This document shows positions 20,701 to 27,894 of a DNA stretch of 64,000 bases, piece by piece. The first letter of the stretch is position 1, and each line of letters starts with the position of its first letter. Position numbers and translations under genes: made by a program. Location of the stretch: contig JAGALA010000029.1 of NCBI GenBank assembly GCA_017625935.1, positions 1,277 to 65,276 on the forward strand, read 5' to 3'. The notes below the pieces were generated by a model. The model was not told where the DNA came from and ran no database searches. It was given only the letters and a program-made list of their open reading frames with translations. The stretch comes from Clostridia bacterium. Its GTDB lineage: Bacteria; Bacillota; Clostridia; Oscillospirales; CAG-272.

Positions 20701-22177
20701 CAACGTCCATACCCGTATAGTCGGCATCACGGCCCGCACCGGGGATTAAAACGTATTCGTATTCCTGCTCGTCAACGCCGTCGGGAAGCAAATCCTCAAC
20801 GAAATCTCTTTCCTCAGCGCCTGCGTTGTTTGATTCAACAAAATAAATGATTTTGCCGTTGTGGAGAATATAAGGTGTTTTAACACCGTTGATTGATGCA
20901 ACGGACATAGCGCCCTCGTAGGTTGAGGGTGAGCCTACTGTTGATGTGTCGGGGTTTGAGGTAAGACCTAAGTTACCGTTCTTCTCCGAGCCGTATGCCG
21001 AGGAGAAGCTGTTTGATGCGGCAACAATCATACTAATGCCCTGCTCACGAATGCTATCGTAAACACCGCTCATCACTTCCTTGTCACTTTCACGGCTGAA
21101 GCCGCAGGCAGTACCAAGGGACATATTAATAACGTCAACGTTGAGAACCACGCAATCCTCAAGTGCGTCAAGAATCCAAGATGCCTTAGCGGAATCCTGA
21201 ATATCGGAGAAAATCTTCATTGAAACGAGCTGTGCATTCGGTGCAACGCCCGTTATAGTATCGTCCTTACCGACGATAACGCCCGAAACGTGCGTACCGT
21301 GGTTATTATGTAAGGAATAAACGTCCGCGTCTCTGTCCGCGTAGTCAAACGAGAAAGGAACCTTGTCGTTTAGATAAACGTCGTTAACGGTCAAGCCGTT
21401 TACCATTGTATTAGCCTTTGTTCTTGCAAGGCAGGCTGATACCATTTCTCTTGTAAGACCGAGCTTTGCTCTGTCCGCGGTGAAGTTATTCACAGAAAAT
21501 GCGGAGTGTGTGTAGTCAAGACCTGTGTCAAGAACCGCAACAACCATTCCCGTGCCGTCATAGTCATAGCCTGCGCTATTAAAGATACCCGTTGTCTCGT
21601 CAACGTTAACCTTGTTTTCAACAAGCTTTGTTTCGCTGACGTTGTAAACCTCACTTACAACAGCGGTTGCGTAGCTTGGGAAGGATTTTGCGGTTGACTC
21701 AAAGTCACGCGCGTTAATTACAACCTCAAAGCCGGCAAGAAGCACTGTGTAGTCAGCACCCAATTCGTAGCTGATGCCCTTTTTGTCAAGCTTGGATGTG
21801 ATTTCTCGCTTTGCGTATTCAATGCCTGCTGTGATGTCAGATGCCTCGTCTGTCAAAATAAAGTCCGCAAAGGAAACGTCTCTCTCCTCCTCGTTGTATG
21901 CATCAAGGAGTGATTTTACGTTAAGCTGAACGATAACGGAAATTTCGTCGTTATCCTTAACTGTGGAGGGGAGCTTTTGAATAGCCGTGCCTGCGTAGTA
22001 TTGAGTCTTATCAATCTTGAGGTCGGAAAGCTCTCTGAAAAAGCCCTCAATTGCTCCGTCACCTACTACATCTTGCGCATTTGCAATTGTGCAGGAGGTC
22101 AAGGAAAGAGCTGTCGAGAGTAACAGTATAACCGATACTACCAAGACTGCTATTCTTGCTAAATTCTTTCTTTTCAT
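14783..22177 (-). CDS. Giant (2464 aa) cell-envelope subtilisin-like S8 protease with PA insert, Big_2-like domains, about 775 aa of BspA-type LRR and a C-terminal TM anchor
   Basis: The catalytic triad is readable: D216 (VVAVLDTG), H293 (HGTHVSG) and S614 (SGTSMACP, codon at 20336-20338). PA-like KIVLVERGSNTFEEKA...GAAGIIIFNN is present. LRR units follow the AFxxCxxLxxVxIP pattern. There is a signal/lipobox SLTSC, and no LPXTG. Confidence 0.9.
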   Translation of the reverse strand: MKRKNLARIAVLVVSVILLLSTALSLTSCTIANAQDVVGDGAIEGFFRELSDLKIDKTQYYAGTAIQKLPSTVKDNDEISVIVQLNVKSLLDAYNEEERDVSFADFILTDEASDITAGIEYAKREITSKLDKKGISYELGADYTVLLAGFEVVINARDFESTAKSFPSYATAVVSEVYNVSETKLVENKVNVDETTGIFNSAGYDYDGTGMVVAVLDTGLDYTHSAFSVNNFTADRAKLGLTREMVSACLARTKANTMVNGLTVNDVYLNDKVPFSFDYADRDADVYSLHNNHGTHVSGVIVGKDDTITGVAPNAQLVSMKIFSDIQDSAKASWILDALEDCVVLNVDVINMSLGTACGFSRESDKEVMSGVYDSIREQGISMIVAASNSFSSAYGSEKNGNLGLTSNPDTSTVGSPSTYEGAMSVASINGVKTPYILHNGKIIYFVESNNAGAEERDFVEDLLPDGVDEQEYEYVLIPGAGRDADYTGMDVAGKIVLVERGSNTFEEKANVAQKKGAAGIIIFNNVSGDIKMNVGLTTVAVCSISQNDGKELAAAGKGTIKISRAQKSGPFMSDFSSWGPSPTLGIKPEITAHGGNILSSVTGGGYDRLSGTSMACPNLAGFTILLRQYVEVNYDRIIGDGETNEYKRSVNVNAMVNRLMMSTADIIYNKNGLPYAVRKQGAGLANLIAASETEAYIRTYNKDGSVMDKTKLELGDDAKKTGVYTLSFDVVNFGDSSLSYILDASVMTEGVSDVLTHQGETTVTEEGYLLEGATVEFTVSGGGKKVGDEVKVDPNSTAKVTVTIKLTDENKAYLDKSFENGMYIEGFVTLLDTTGNAVDLSVPYLAFYGNWAQAPLFDMDYFETNRDELDDTIPTLDKTLPDAYASRPIGGIEEDYVSYLGSYYFVQNPRDRIIAASRDYIALSNMDGTIHSIRFIWMGMLRNASEIKVTITDSTTGEVVYETTEKLVRKSYGDGGSYLYPANVDVEFDVNEHNLKNNTEYYVKCVGYLDYENDGIEDNLNNTFEFPFVTDFEAPTLTECEYYTEYDKELERDRLYIRMAIYDNHYSMAAQLGYVDKASYEFVAFNQYMTPIYSVRNGISYIEYELTDYVYEIKNNAANPNSIVVATYDYALNDATYEVDLPDQYKDFYFEETSVTLSPNELYNIKPLVRPGTEWGELLTYFSTNQKVVRVVNNKLVAVAPGKALIWAQDPETGKQTSFAVTVLSENDEGFQYFDKPVVDSFVLTGYDTIRAYYMVDSSERDIGADGDRRVFANGNYFLSMYPSESVQLKYKLDAYFDGTTVEFESSDDSIVKIDQNGVIVAEAEGYSSVTVRVLLDGKSTYYSQTVSIEVKDPFVTQSPNLTHYYGKGGVVEIPEELLLVEIAQFAFSNSEYIPKEPWELDPDDPSTSKLWYIGDNAITKVVIPEGVKKINAYAFANLTALETVVLPSTLEAIEYGAFYGCSRLSRVEGLEYVQLINKEAFHGCNLKGTISLDNACAIGDYAFANNGQLVDSNGDGTPDTRKCNLEGVILPEKLQSIGAYAFSGNTELKEVTVKAEKVKYGPYVFSGCRALESISMNADVIPEGAFYGCSNLTDVTIGKDVNAIGAVAFARTKISQFKLDSENTSYKLSKDGDYILSSDGKTLIMVAPTVKGSFTLNDANVKTIGIGAFAYSTEITEVNIPSVTVVEDNAFENCTRLDKINLGTLEKIGKYAFFKTSINELPTLNNIKEIGAYAFAYTDLVSVEIPAGMKVGEGAFCECKYLEEVVIGENVELGMGAFMLSRNENSELVRDETVTDKKVYYYKYLSSLTELTIGDGVTVGDSAFMGAAALEKVTMGKNIKLGAQAFFSACSLKEIDLSGVISIGDSAFGGDILYTYTDANGNSPLVEDNYYVYRYYTPKIEKIDLSSLEYLGKEAFINCFELGTVTLGESLKEISERAFEGCKKLTFINLENVEVIGAQAFAEAALVTVDLSDAIYIDSYAFVNNYNLILVTLNSEGTDIGEGAFAYCEGLGKVVNLDVTEKIDAYAFAYTGINKADLSGAIEIGDFAFMKENVTDFELTLGESISVLGDNPFAMCKIAPFSSEVTEEFNGVSYVETVYTYDISDTVKVIDGSLYAVVPSGYELITYCDMGAKMATVAEGTVRITAMAFAGSDVVRVTLPHSLDAIGHKAFYDCDKLVTVVFKSYEAPILEEEFDTTYYESFENLPATGEYDFTDYEGNVITHTGLGIVPFYMWNVSDGKYSNVYYGANFVNRIGHGNPELIMVRPSNGQYYETFIYSQYFTMIIDGAVAMDDITLEAIEAINSLPEKVQLSHESLVIAAREAYNRIATKEQQALVDNYSSLVSAENRILALKSQNMTPDTPNEPDDNVQGGDTDVKDKSNTGYVIAIVALAITTVLNLAVACVAVAGVAVLLVKIFSMRNASLASASEPICEEKAEEAEPTKAEAEISENEDAITDTEENK
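14920..15025 (-). other. C-terminal transmembrane anchor of the giant protease, followed by an acidic tail of about 45 aa
   Basis: GYVIAIVALAITTVLNLAVACVAVAGVAVLLVKIF, then SMRNASLASASEPICEEKAEEAE... Confidence 0.7.
15625..17950 (-). other. BspA-type leucine-rich repeat block within the giant protease (about aa 1410-2185)
   Basis: Dozens of 22-25-aa units such as IPEGVKKINAYAFANLTALETVVLPSTLEAIEYGAFYGC. Boundaries are approximate. Confidence 0.7.
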
Positions 22178-22530
22178 TGTTTTTTGCCTTTCTTTATTAT
22201 TGCGTGATAATATATAATAGAAAATATATACGGTAGTATTTTAGCACAATATGAGAAAAAATGCAAGTAAAAATTATAGATTATATATATAAGAATAGAA
22301 ATTCCAAATAAAAAACGAAGAAATCCGTTTCACCGTGGTAAAGAGAAAAAGTGCTAAAATGCTAAACGGTTAAAGGGCTGAGGGGTAATTTTTGAAAAGG
22401 AATTTTCTTATAAAAATTGTTTTACCGACATTATTATTTCAAAAAAAATTTACAATTGGAATTGTCCCATCGGGCATGAATTGAAGAAGAGCTTCATAAA
22501 TTGACGCATTGTGCAACCACTACTTTTTCA

Positions 22531-22816
22531 GGACGTCGAGGGCACGGGGTTCCCCGAACCGAAGTATGAGGTTTGGGGGTTCTCGGACACCGTCGCAAAC
22601 GGATTGTCGAGGACGTCGTCGCAAACGGGTCGTCGAGGACGTCGCAAAACGGGGCGTCGAGGACGTCGCCCCCTACGGATAAATCAACGCGAGCGTTGTA
22701 TATCATCAATGCACCGCATTGCATATCATCACACGAGAGTGTGTATATCATCAACCGCAGGTTGTATGAAATCACGCCCTGCGTGCATAAAAATCCTCGG
22801 GGGAGTGTCTGTTTTT
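22531..22816. repeat. Family-A modular intergenic repeat, copy R1
   Basis: It shares a 49-nt identical module (22543-22591 = 44417-44465), GTCGCAAACGGGTCGTCGAGGAC units (three in tandem at 22592-22664), a TATATCAT hairpin array and a terminal GGGAGTGTCTGTTTTT with copies at 44373-44699 and 45693-45868. Confidence 0.75.
22685..22785. repeat. Phased array of five mini-hairpins (period 21-23 nt) inside R1
   Basis: The stems are CAACG/CGTTG, CAATGC/GCATTG, CACAC/GTGTG, CAACC/GGTTG and CACGC/GCGTG. They are separated by 8-nt linkers TATATCAT, CATATCAT, TATATCAT and TATGAAAT. Confidence 0.7.
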
Positions 22817-23001
22817 GGCACTTTTCCCTTCAAAATCGCATCTTTGTTTTTTGCACAATGCAATTAGCGTGCCGCATCTTTTTATGGCGCTTTTTTGATT
22901 GGCTTTCGATGCCACTTACGCGCGTGCCCATTTTTTTCTTGACATATTATTTTTTATATGATACAATTATGGGTGAGAAAAATATTTATCAAGGAGTATA
23001 T

Positions 23002-23814
23002 ATGCAAGAGAAAAAAACGAAAATTTTGCACCTTATATACGGGATTGTGCTTTCCGTTTTGATCTTTGCGGTTGGCATTTGCTTTATTGTCAGCTGTGTT
23101 GATATAAACAACGCGGGAAAGTTCACCGTTGATGCTATAAAAACGCACTTTTTGTGGATCCTTGCCCCTGTGCTTCTCTGTATTTTTTCTATCATAGGCG
23201 GCGCGGTATTGCACGCAGTTTTCCCACCGTCCGAGGAAAAAATCAAAGCATCGATGTCAAATAAGGACCTCATCAAAAATCTTTACAAAAAAATCGACCT
23301 TGACGCAGCACCTGCGGAGTTAAAGGCGGTTATTAAAAGCCAACGCGGCTTCAGACTCGCATTTTTTATCGTAATGATTGTAAACGCGGTTATCAATTTT
23401 GTTTCCGCATTTGTTTTCATTTTTACAAAAAGTAATCTCGGCGATGTTGACCCAGGCAAGCTGAATGAAATTTTGCCCGTTATCGGCAAGATTTTGGCTT
23501 ACGCCATTATTCCGTTCTTCGTTGCTGTAATTTATGATATCTTTTCAAGCTACACCTACGAAAGAGAGCTTGAGGCGGTAAGAGCCATTATGGAAAGCCA
23601 AACGAAGAAGCGTAAAAAGGGTGAGCTTAATTTGCCCGAGGAGAAAAAGGTGTGCTTCTTTAAAAGACATTCAAAGAAATTTATTTTAGCGCTTCAAATT
23701 ACACTCGGTGTTGTCGCCGCCGCGTTTATTATCGTAGGTATAATAACGGGCGACATCAAAAATGTTCTCACATATGCAAATAACATTTGCACAGGCTGTA
23801 TCGGTCTTGGTTAA
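23002..23814 (+). CDS. Polytopic membrane protein ending in a CxxC tail (…NNICTGCIGLG)
   Basis: ATG at 23002 preceded by AAGGAG. Several TM segments. It ends 9 nt before the next gene. The upstream part of ORF 22573-23814 crosses repeat R1 and is rejected. Confidence 0.65.
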   Translation: MQEKKTKILHLIYGIVLSVLIFAVGICFIVSCVDINNAGKFTVDAIKTHFLWILAPVLLCIFSIIGGAVLHAVFPPSEEKIKASMSNKDLIKNLYKKIDLDAAPAELKAVIKSQRGFRLAFFIVMIVNAVINFVSAFVFIFTKSNLGDVDPGKLNEILPVIGKILAYAIIPFFVAVIYDIFSSYTYERELEAVRAIMESQTKKRKKGELNLPEEKKVCFFKRHSKKFILALQITLGVVAAAFIIVGIITGDIKNVLTYANNICTGCIGLG

Positions 23815-23823
23815 GGAGGTAGT

Positions 23824-25596
23824 ATGGAAAATAAAGAGCTTTTAGAAAACACCTCACTTAACGAAGCGACAGAAAGCGTTGACGCGCCAAAAGAAGCTAC
23901 TCTTGCCGACTTAATCGGCGGTGAGGATGAGTCATTTAACGCCAAATTTGCGACACAGGGTGAGCAAAAACCCGAAAATGACGGTAAAAATGTACCGACT
24001 GATGAGCCTAAGAAAAAACGCTCCTTCAAGTCTTGGCTTTACAGTATAATTCCGACGAAAAGGCGCATAGTTCAGCTATACTCCGCGCTTCTTTTCAATG
24101 CAAACCTAAAGGGCTACATTCAGGGCAATATGTTTGTTGGACAGTCAAAGTTTATTTGCTCCCCGGGCATTAACTGTTACTCCTGTCCCGGTGCTATCGG
24201 CACGTGTCCGCTCGGTGCACTTCAAAACGAGCTTGGCAACAAGCGCATGCCGTTTTATATTCTCGGAATTTTGTTCCTTTACGGCTTGATGCTTGGCAGA
24301 ACGATTTGCGGCTGGCTTTGCCCGTTCGGTCTTTTCCAGGATTTGATTTACAAAATCAAGACTCCGAAATTAAAAAAGAACGGTGTTACCCGTGCTTTAT
24401 CGTATCTTAAATATGTAATTTTAGCAGTTTTTGTCTTTGTGCTTGCCGGCTTCGGCGTTTTCCCCGCATTTTGTAAATACATATGCCCCGCAGGCATTTT
24501 AGAGGGTGCGTTTGGAATCTTGCCACTCGACACCGACCTGCTCAGCGGCATCGGCTCGCTCTTCACCTGGAAATTCGTTTTGTTCGTTTCCATTGTTGTT
24601 TTTTGTATTTTTGCATACCGTGCATTCTGCCGTTTCATTTGCCCACTCGGTGCAATTTACTCGCTTTTCAACCGCTTTTCATTCTTTGGAATCAAATTAA
24701 ACCGCGACAAGTGTACGAAATGCGGCAAATGTATCACAAAATGTAAGCTTGATATCAAGCACGTTGGTGACCAGGAGTGTATCAGCTGCGGCGAATGTAT
24801 CGACGTTTGTCCGACAAAGGCAATTTCATTCAAGGGACCTAAGATTTTCTTAGCACCTAACGAAATCAGCATCCCCAAGGACGCAAGCGACGAGGAGCGC
24901 GCAGAGCTGAGGGCAACGCAGGAGCGCGAAAACGCAATAATCAAGAAAAAGAACCGCACAAGAAAAATTATCATTGGCTCGGTTATGGGCGCTGTGCTTC
25001 TTTCTGTGCTTCTCTACTTTAACGTAATTAAAAACGAGCAGCTTTGGAACAACCTTTTAGGCGATAAGCCACCTGTAACAACTGATACAAACACAGACGG
25101 CGAAAATAACGTAACCGTTGGCACAAGCGTCGGCAACAAGCTGCCAAGTGCATCACTTGAAATCTTTGACGAAAACGGTCCTTCGGGTGAGTTCGTTGAC
25201 CCATTGGTTGGCGGAAGCGGCAAGGTAACCGTTATTAACTTCTGGGGCACCTGGTGTCCACCCTGTGTCGCTGAATTGCCACACTTTGGTGAGGTTGCAA
25301 GCGAATACAAGGACTCGGTTGTGATTTATGCAGTCCACTCGGTTGACGGCTTTGAAACCGCACCGCAGCACGTAAATGATAATCACAAGGATTCCGCGCT
25401 TATTTTCTTAAAGGATACCCGTCCAAGCGACGATGCCCCCGTAGATGACTACTTCAAGCTGACCACGGGCAAGGGCTTCCCTATGTATCCTTGGACTATA
25501 GTGCTTGACGAAAACGGCGTTATCACATATTCAACCTATGCCGCAATCGAAAAGGACGTATTAATTGCGGAAATTCAAAAGGCGATGAATAATTAA
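23824..25596 (+). CDS. NapH/CcoG-like membrane polyferredoxin (COG0348-type) fused to a C-terminal TlpA/ResA-like thioredoxin domain
   Basis: CYSCPG; three LCP(F/A/L)G-type motifs (CGWLCPFG, CKYICPAG, CRFICPLG); two ferredoxin motifs (CTKCGKCITKC and CISCGECIDVCP). An extra TM follows, then WGTWCPPC in a redoxin-like domain of about 150 aa. Confidence 0.85.
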   Translation: MENKELLENTSLNEATESVDAPKEATLADLIGGEDESFNAKFATQGEQKPENDGKNVPTDEPKKKRSFKSWLYSIIPTKRRIVQLYSALLFNANLKGYIQGNMFVGQSKFICSPGINCYSCPGAIGTCPLGALQNELGNKRMPFYILGILFLYGLMLGRTICGWLCPFGLFQDLIYKIKTPKLKKNGVTRALSYLKYVILAVFVFVLAGFGVFPAFCKYICPAGILEGAFGILPLDTDLLSGIGSLFTWKFVLFVSIVVFCIFAYRAFCRFICPLGAIYSLFNRFSFFGIKLNRDKCTKCGKCITKCKLDIKHVGDQECISCGECIDVCPTKAISFKGPKIFLAPNEISIPKDASDEERAELRATQERENAIIKKKNRTRKIIIGSVMGAVLLSVLLYFNVIKNEQLWNNLLGDKPPVTTDTNTDGENNVTVGTSVGNKLPSASLEIFDENGPSGEFVDPLVGGSGKVTVINFWGTWCPPCVAELPHFGEVASEYKDSVVIYAVHSVDGFETAPQHVNDNHKDSALIFLKDTRPSDDAPVDDYFKLTTGKGFPMYPWTIVLDENGVITYSTYAAIEKDVLIAEIQKAMNN

Positions 25597-25604
25597 ACAA
25601 ATTT

Positions 25605-25633
25605 GAGAGAGCAAAATTGCTCTCTCTTTTTTT
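25605..25633 (+). terminator. Intrinsic terminator after the polyferredoxin-thioredoxin gene
   Basis: GAGAGAGC ... GCTCTCTC followed by TTTTTTT. Confidence 0.7.
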
Positions 25634-25678
25634 GCAAAATATGATGTTTTTTAGACACGTATAGGCACAAAATGGATT

Positions 25679-25706
25679 AAAAAGGCACTCAAGCGAGTGC
25701 CTTTTT
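25679..25706 (-). terminator. Intrinsic terminator after the 705-aa lipoprotein gene
   Basis: AAAAAGGCACTC-AAGC-GAGTGCCTTTTT; the T-run falls on the minus-strand reading. Confidence 0.7.
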
Positions 25707-25715
25707 GTATTGATT

Positions 25716-27833
25716 TTATTCTTCAATTTGCGGTGCAACGTAAGTAAGATTTACAGTTCCGCCGCCTTGGCAGGTAACCTTAATCAAAACTCTTGTCGTT
25801 GTGCCGTAGTCGGAAGCAAGAACGTATGAAAGGTTATCACCTGTTAAGGTTGCTTGAAGTGTTGGCTCGCCGTCGCCCGATCTTGTATAAATTTCAACAG
25901 CTGCGCTTGCGTTATCAACCGTGATGGTCGCGCCTGTTAAGTAGAACAAGGTGTACCAAACCTCTTTTCCGTCCTCAACTCTTACCTCGGTTGTATTGTT
26001 TTCACTATCCGCGTCAACGAGGAACGGGTAAAGTGCGCTACCGTCGCGCTTGTGTGTTACGTAAACAACGGCTGTTGTTTCATCACCGAACGGTGTGTAC
26101 TCGTTCACGGTTTCGTACTCCTCGCCGTAGCTTGCCTTAATGAAATATTTTGCGGTTTCGGTAAGCTCACCGAAGTTAACCGCGCCGTTTTCGTCACTTG
26201 TGTACGTACCCTTAAGCTCATATTCGTTGCCGTTTAGGTAGTAAAGCTCAACTGTAACGCCTGCTTTGCTCTCATTTTCAACCTTTACGGTTGCGGAATA
26301 CTCTGCCTTGGACTCACCAAAGGTAAGTGAGGCTGAAATTTCCGCCTCGGGATTTGTCACGCTTTCGCCCGAAAGCTTTTCGGTGAAGAAGCAAATTACA
26401 ACCACGTCACCAGCCTCAACGGACTTCTTAAATCTAACGCCGTTAATTGAAATTACCGCATTTTCGGTATCTGTTGTTACCTTAACTGTGCCTGCCTTGT
26501 CTGCAACGAAGGAGTAATAATATCTTTCACCCTCGCCAAGCTTAACGCCCTCAAAGGTATAGTCCTTGTCAACCTCAATCTCCTCGGGAGTTTTGAGTGA
26601 GCCGAGCTTGTAAATTTCGCCTGTAACATTAACCTCGGACTCGGACTTAACGTCAATTCTGAACACAGCCTCGCCCTTTTCCTTAAGCTCAAAGAGGATA
26701 ACGCCGTTTTGTGGCTTGCGCTTAACGCCATTATAGAACGCTTCAACCGCATCGCTTGTTATCTCAACGGTCTTTCCCTGCGCGTTTGGCACGCTGTACC
26801 AAAGCTGAGCGCCGCCCGCTTGTGTAATATCAATATTGCCCGCGATCATAATCGGGTGATCCTTGTCGGAGCCCGGGACAACGTCCTCGCAAAGCATTTC
26901 GGCTTCTACCGCGCCGTTTTTCTCAACGCTCACTGCTTTTACGTATTTGCCGTCAACCGATGCTACGATATAGTAGGTTCCGTTCTTAAGTGAAGCGGTT
27001 GCACTTCCGTTTTCGTCTGTTTCAGCCTCGCCCACAACTAAAAAGTCTTCATTATAAAACATAACGGTAGCGCCCGAAACGGCTGCGCCGCTTGCGTCCT
27101 TAATTACCGCTGTGTAATCAATTGATGTATCAAGAACAACGAACTGAATTTGTGCGTTTTTGCTGTTTTCAAATGAAACAACGTCTGTGTCGTTAACAAG
27201 TGTAAACGCGCCGTTTCCGTACGCGTGGCTAACTTTCGCGTAGTATTTGTCGGGATTTACAATAAAGGTAACTCGTCCGTTTGCTTCGGTAACTGCGCTT
27301 TCTACAAGCTCGTCACCCTCCTCCTTGTAAAGCTCAACCAAGATGTTTGCAAGGCGGTTGCCGTGAAGATCCGATGCGGTAACCGTATAGGTTTCGTTTT
27401 GCTGGATTGTAACAACGCGTGAGGTTTTTCCTTCGGGGAATGGAATGTAGCCCTCGGGCTTAATAAATCCGCTCGGAACCGAGTTTACTTGTATCTCAAG
27501 TGCGGCAATTTCCGTGTATTGGAACTTGCAAACGCCCTCTGCATCCGAGGTTTTCGGAGGTAAGCAGAAGCCGCCGGGGAGGCAAACCTGCGCGTTTATG
27601 CCCTCGATTGGTTGTCCGTTTTGGTTTTGGAAGTAAACTGTGTAGATAACAGGATCGTTTTCCGTGTTGCCTGTATCCGTGCTTGTGTCGCTACTGCCCG
27701 TATCTGTATTTGTGTTTGTATTGGTATTAGTGTCTGTGCCACCGTCATTTCCGCAGGAAGCGAAAGCAAGCGTGCAGGCAAGCACCGTAACAAGCACAAG
27801 GGCAAGAACTAAAATTTTTCTTGTGAGTTTCAT
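25716..27833 (-). CDS. Lipoprotein paralog 1 (705 aa) with a Thr/Asp/Asn linker and repeated Ig-like/prealbumin-like modules
   Basis: Lipobox AFASC, then GNDGGTDTNTNTNTNTDTGSSDTSTDTGN. Repeated modules follow, such as YTVTASDLHGNRLANILVELY and YTAVIKDASGAAVSGATVMFY. Confidence 0.8.
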   Translation of the reverse strand: MKLTRKILVLALVLVTVLACTLAFASCGNDGGTDTNTNTNTNTDTGSSDTSTDTGNTENDPVIYTVYFQNQNGQPIEGINAQVCLPGGFCLPPKTSDAEGVCKFQYTEIAALEIQVNSVPSGFIKPEGYIPFPEGKTSRVVTIQQNETYTVTASDLHGNRLANILVELYKEEGDELVESAVTEANGRVTFIVNPDKYYAKVSHAYGNGAFTLVNDTDVVSFENSKNAQIQFVVLDTSIDYTAVIKDASGAAVSGATVMFYNEDFLVVGEAETDENGSATASLKNGTYYIVASVDGKYVKAVSVEKNGAVEAEMLCEDVVPGSDKDHPIMIAGNIDITQAGGAQLWYSVPNAQGKTVEITSDAVEAFYNGVKRKPQNGVILFELKEKGEAVFRIDVKSESEVNVTGEIYKLGSLKTPEEIEVDKDYTFEGVKLGEGERYYYSFVADKAGTVKVTTDTENAVISINGVRFKKSVEAGDVVVICFFTEKLSGESVTNPEAEISASLTFGESKAEYSATVKVENESKAGVTVELYYLNGNEYELKGTYTSDENGAVNFGELTETAKYFIKASYGEEYETVNEYTPFGDETTAVVYVTHKRDGSALYPFLVDADSENNTTEVRVEDGKEVWYTLFYLTGATITVDNASAAVEIYTRSGDGEPTLQATLTGDNLSYVLASDYGTTTRVLIKVTCQGGGTVNLTYVAPQIEE

Positions 27834-27894
27834 ATTTTCTCCTTGTTATAAATGTGGTTTGATATTAGATATTCCGTCTTATTTAAGCCCTCAT

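Noticed and set aside
15903-21697. Multiple 60-165-aa plus-strand ORFs inside the giant protease gene (for example 16782-17273), and similar antisense ORFs inside the lipoprotein genes (for example 29563-30093 and 30169-30702).
   Set aside because: They are antisense to long ORFs with clear domain signatures. The peptides are low-complexity and lack start contexts.
22592-22664. Three tandem 23-26-nt units, GTCGCAAACGG(G/A)T(C/T)GTCGAGGAC, that could be mistaken for a tiny CRISPR array.
   Set aside because: The units abut one another with no spacers. They are too short, no cas genes are in the window, and the same unit occurs singly inside other copies of the family-A repeat.
22494-23001. ORFs 22494-22775(-), 22511-22867(+) and the first 143 codons of ORF 22573-23814(+).
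   Set aside because: They run through repeat R1 and give low-complexity Arg/Gly-rich peptides with no RBS. A strong RBS plus ATG at 23002 starts the real membrane protein.
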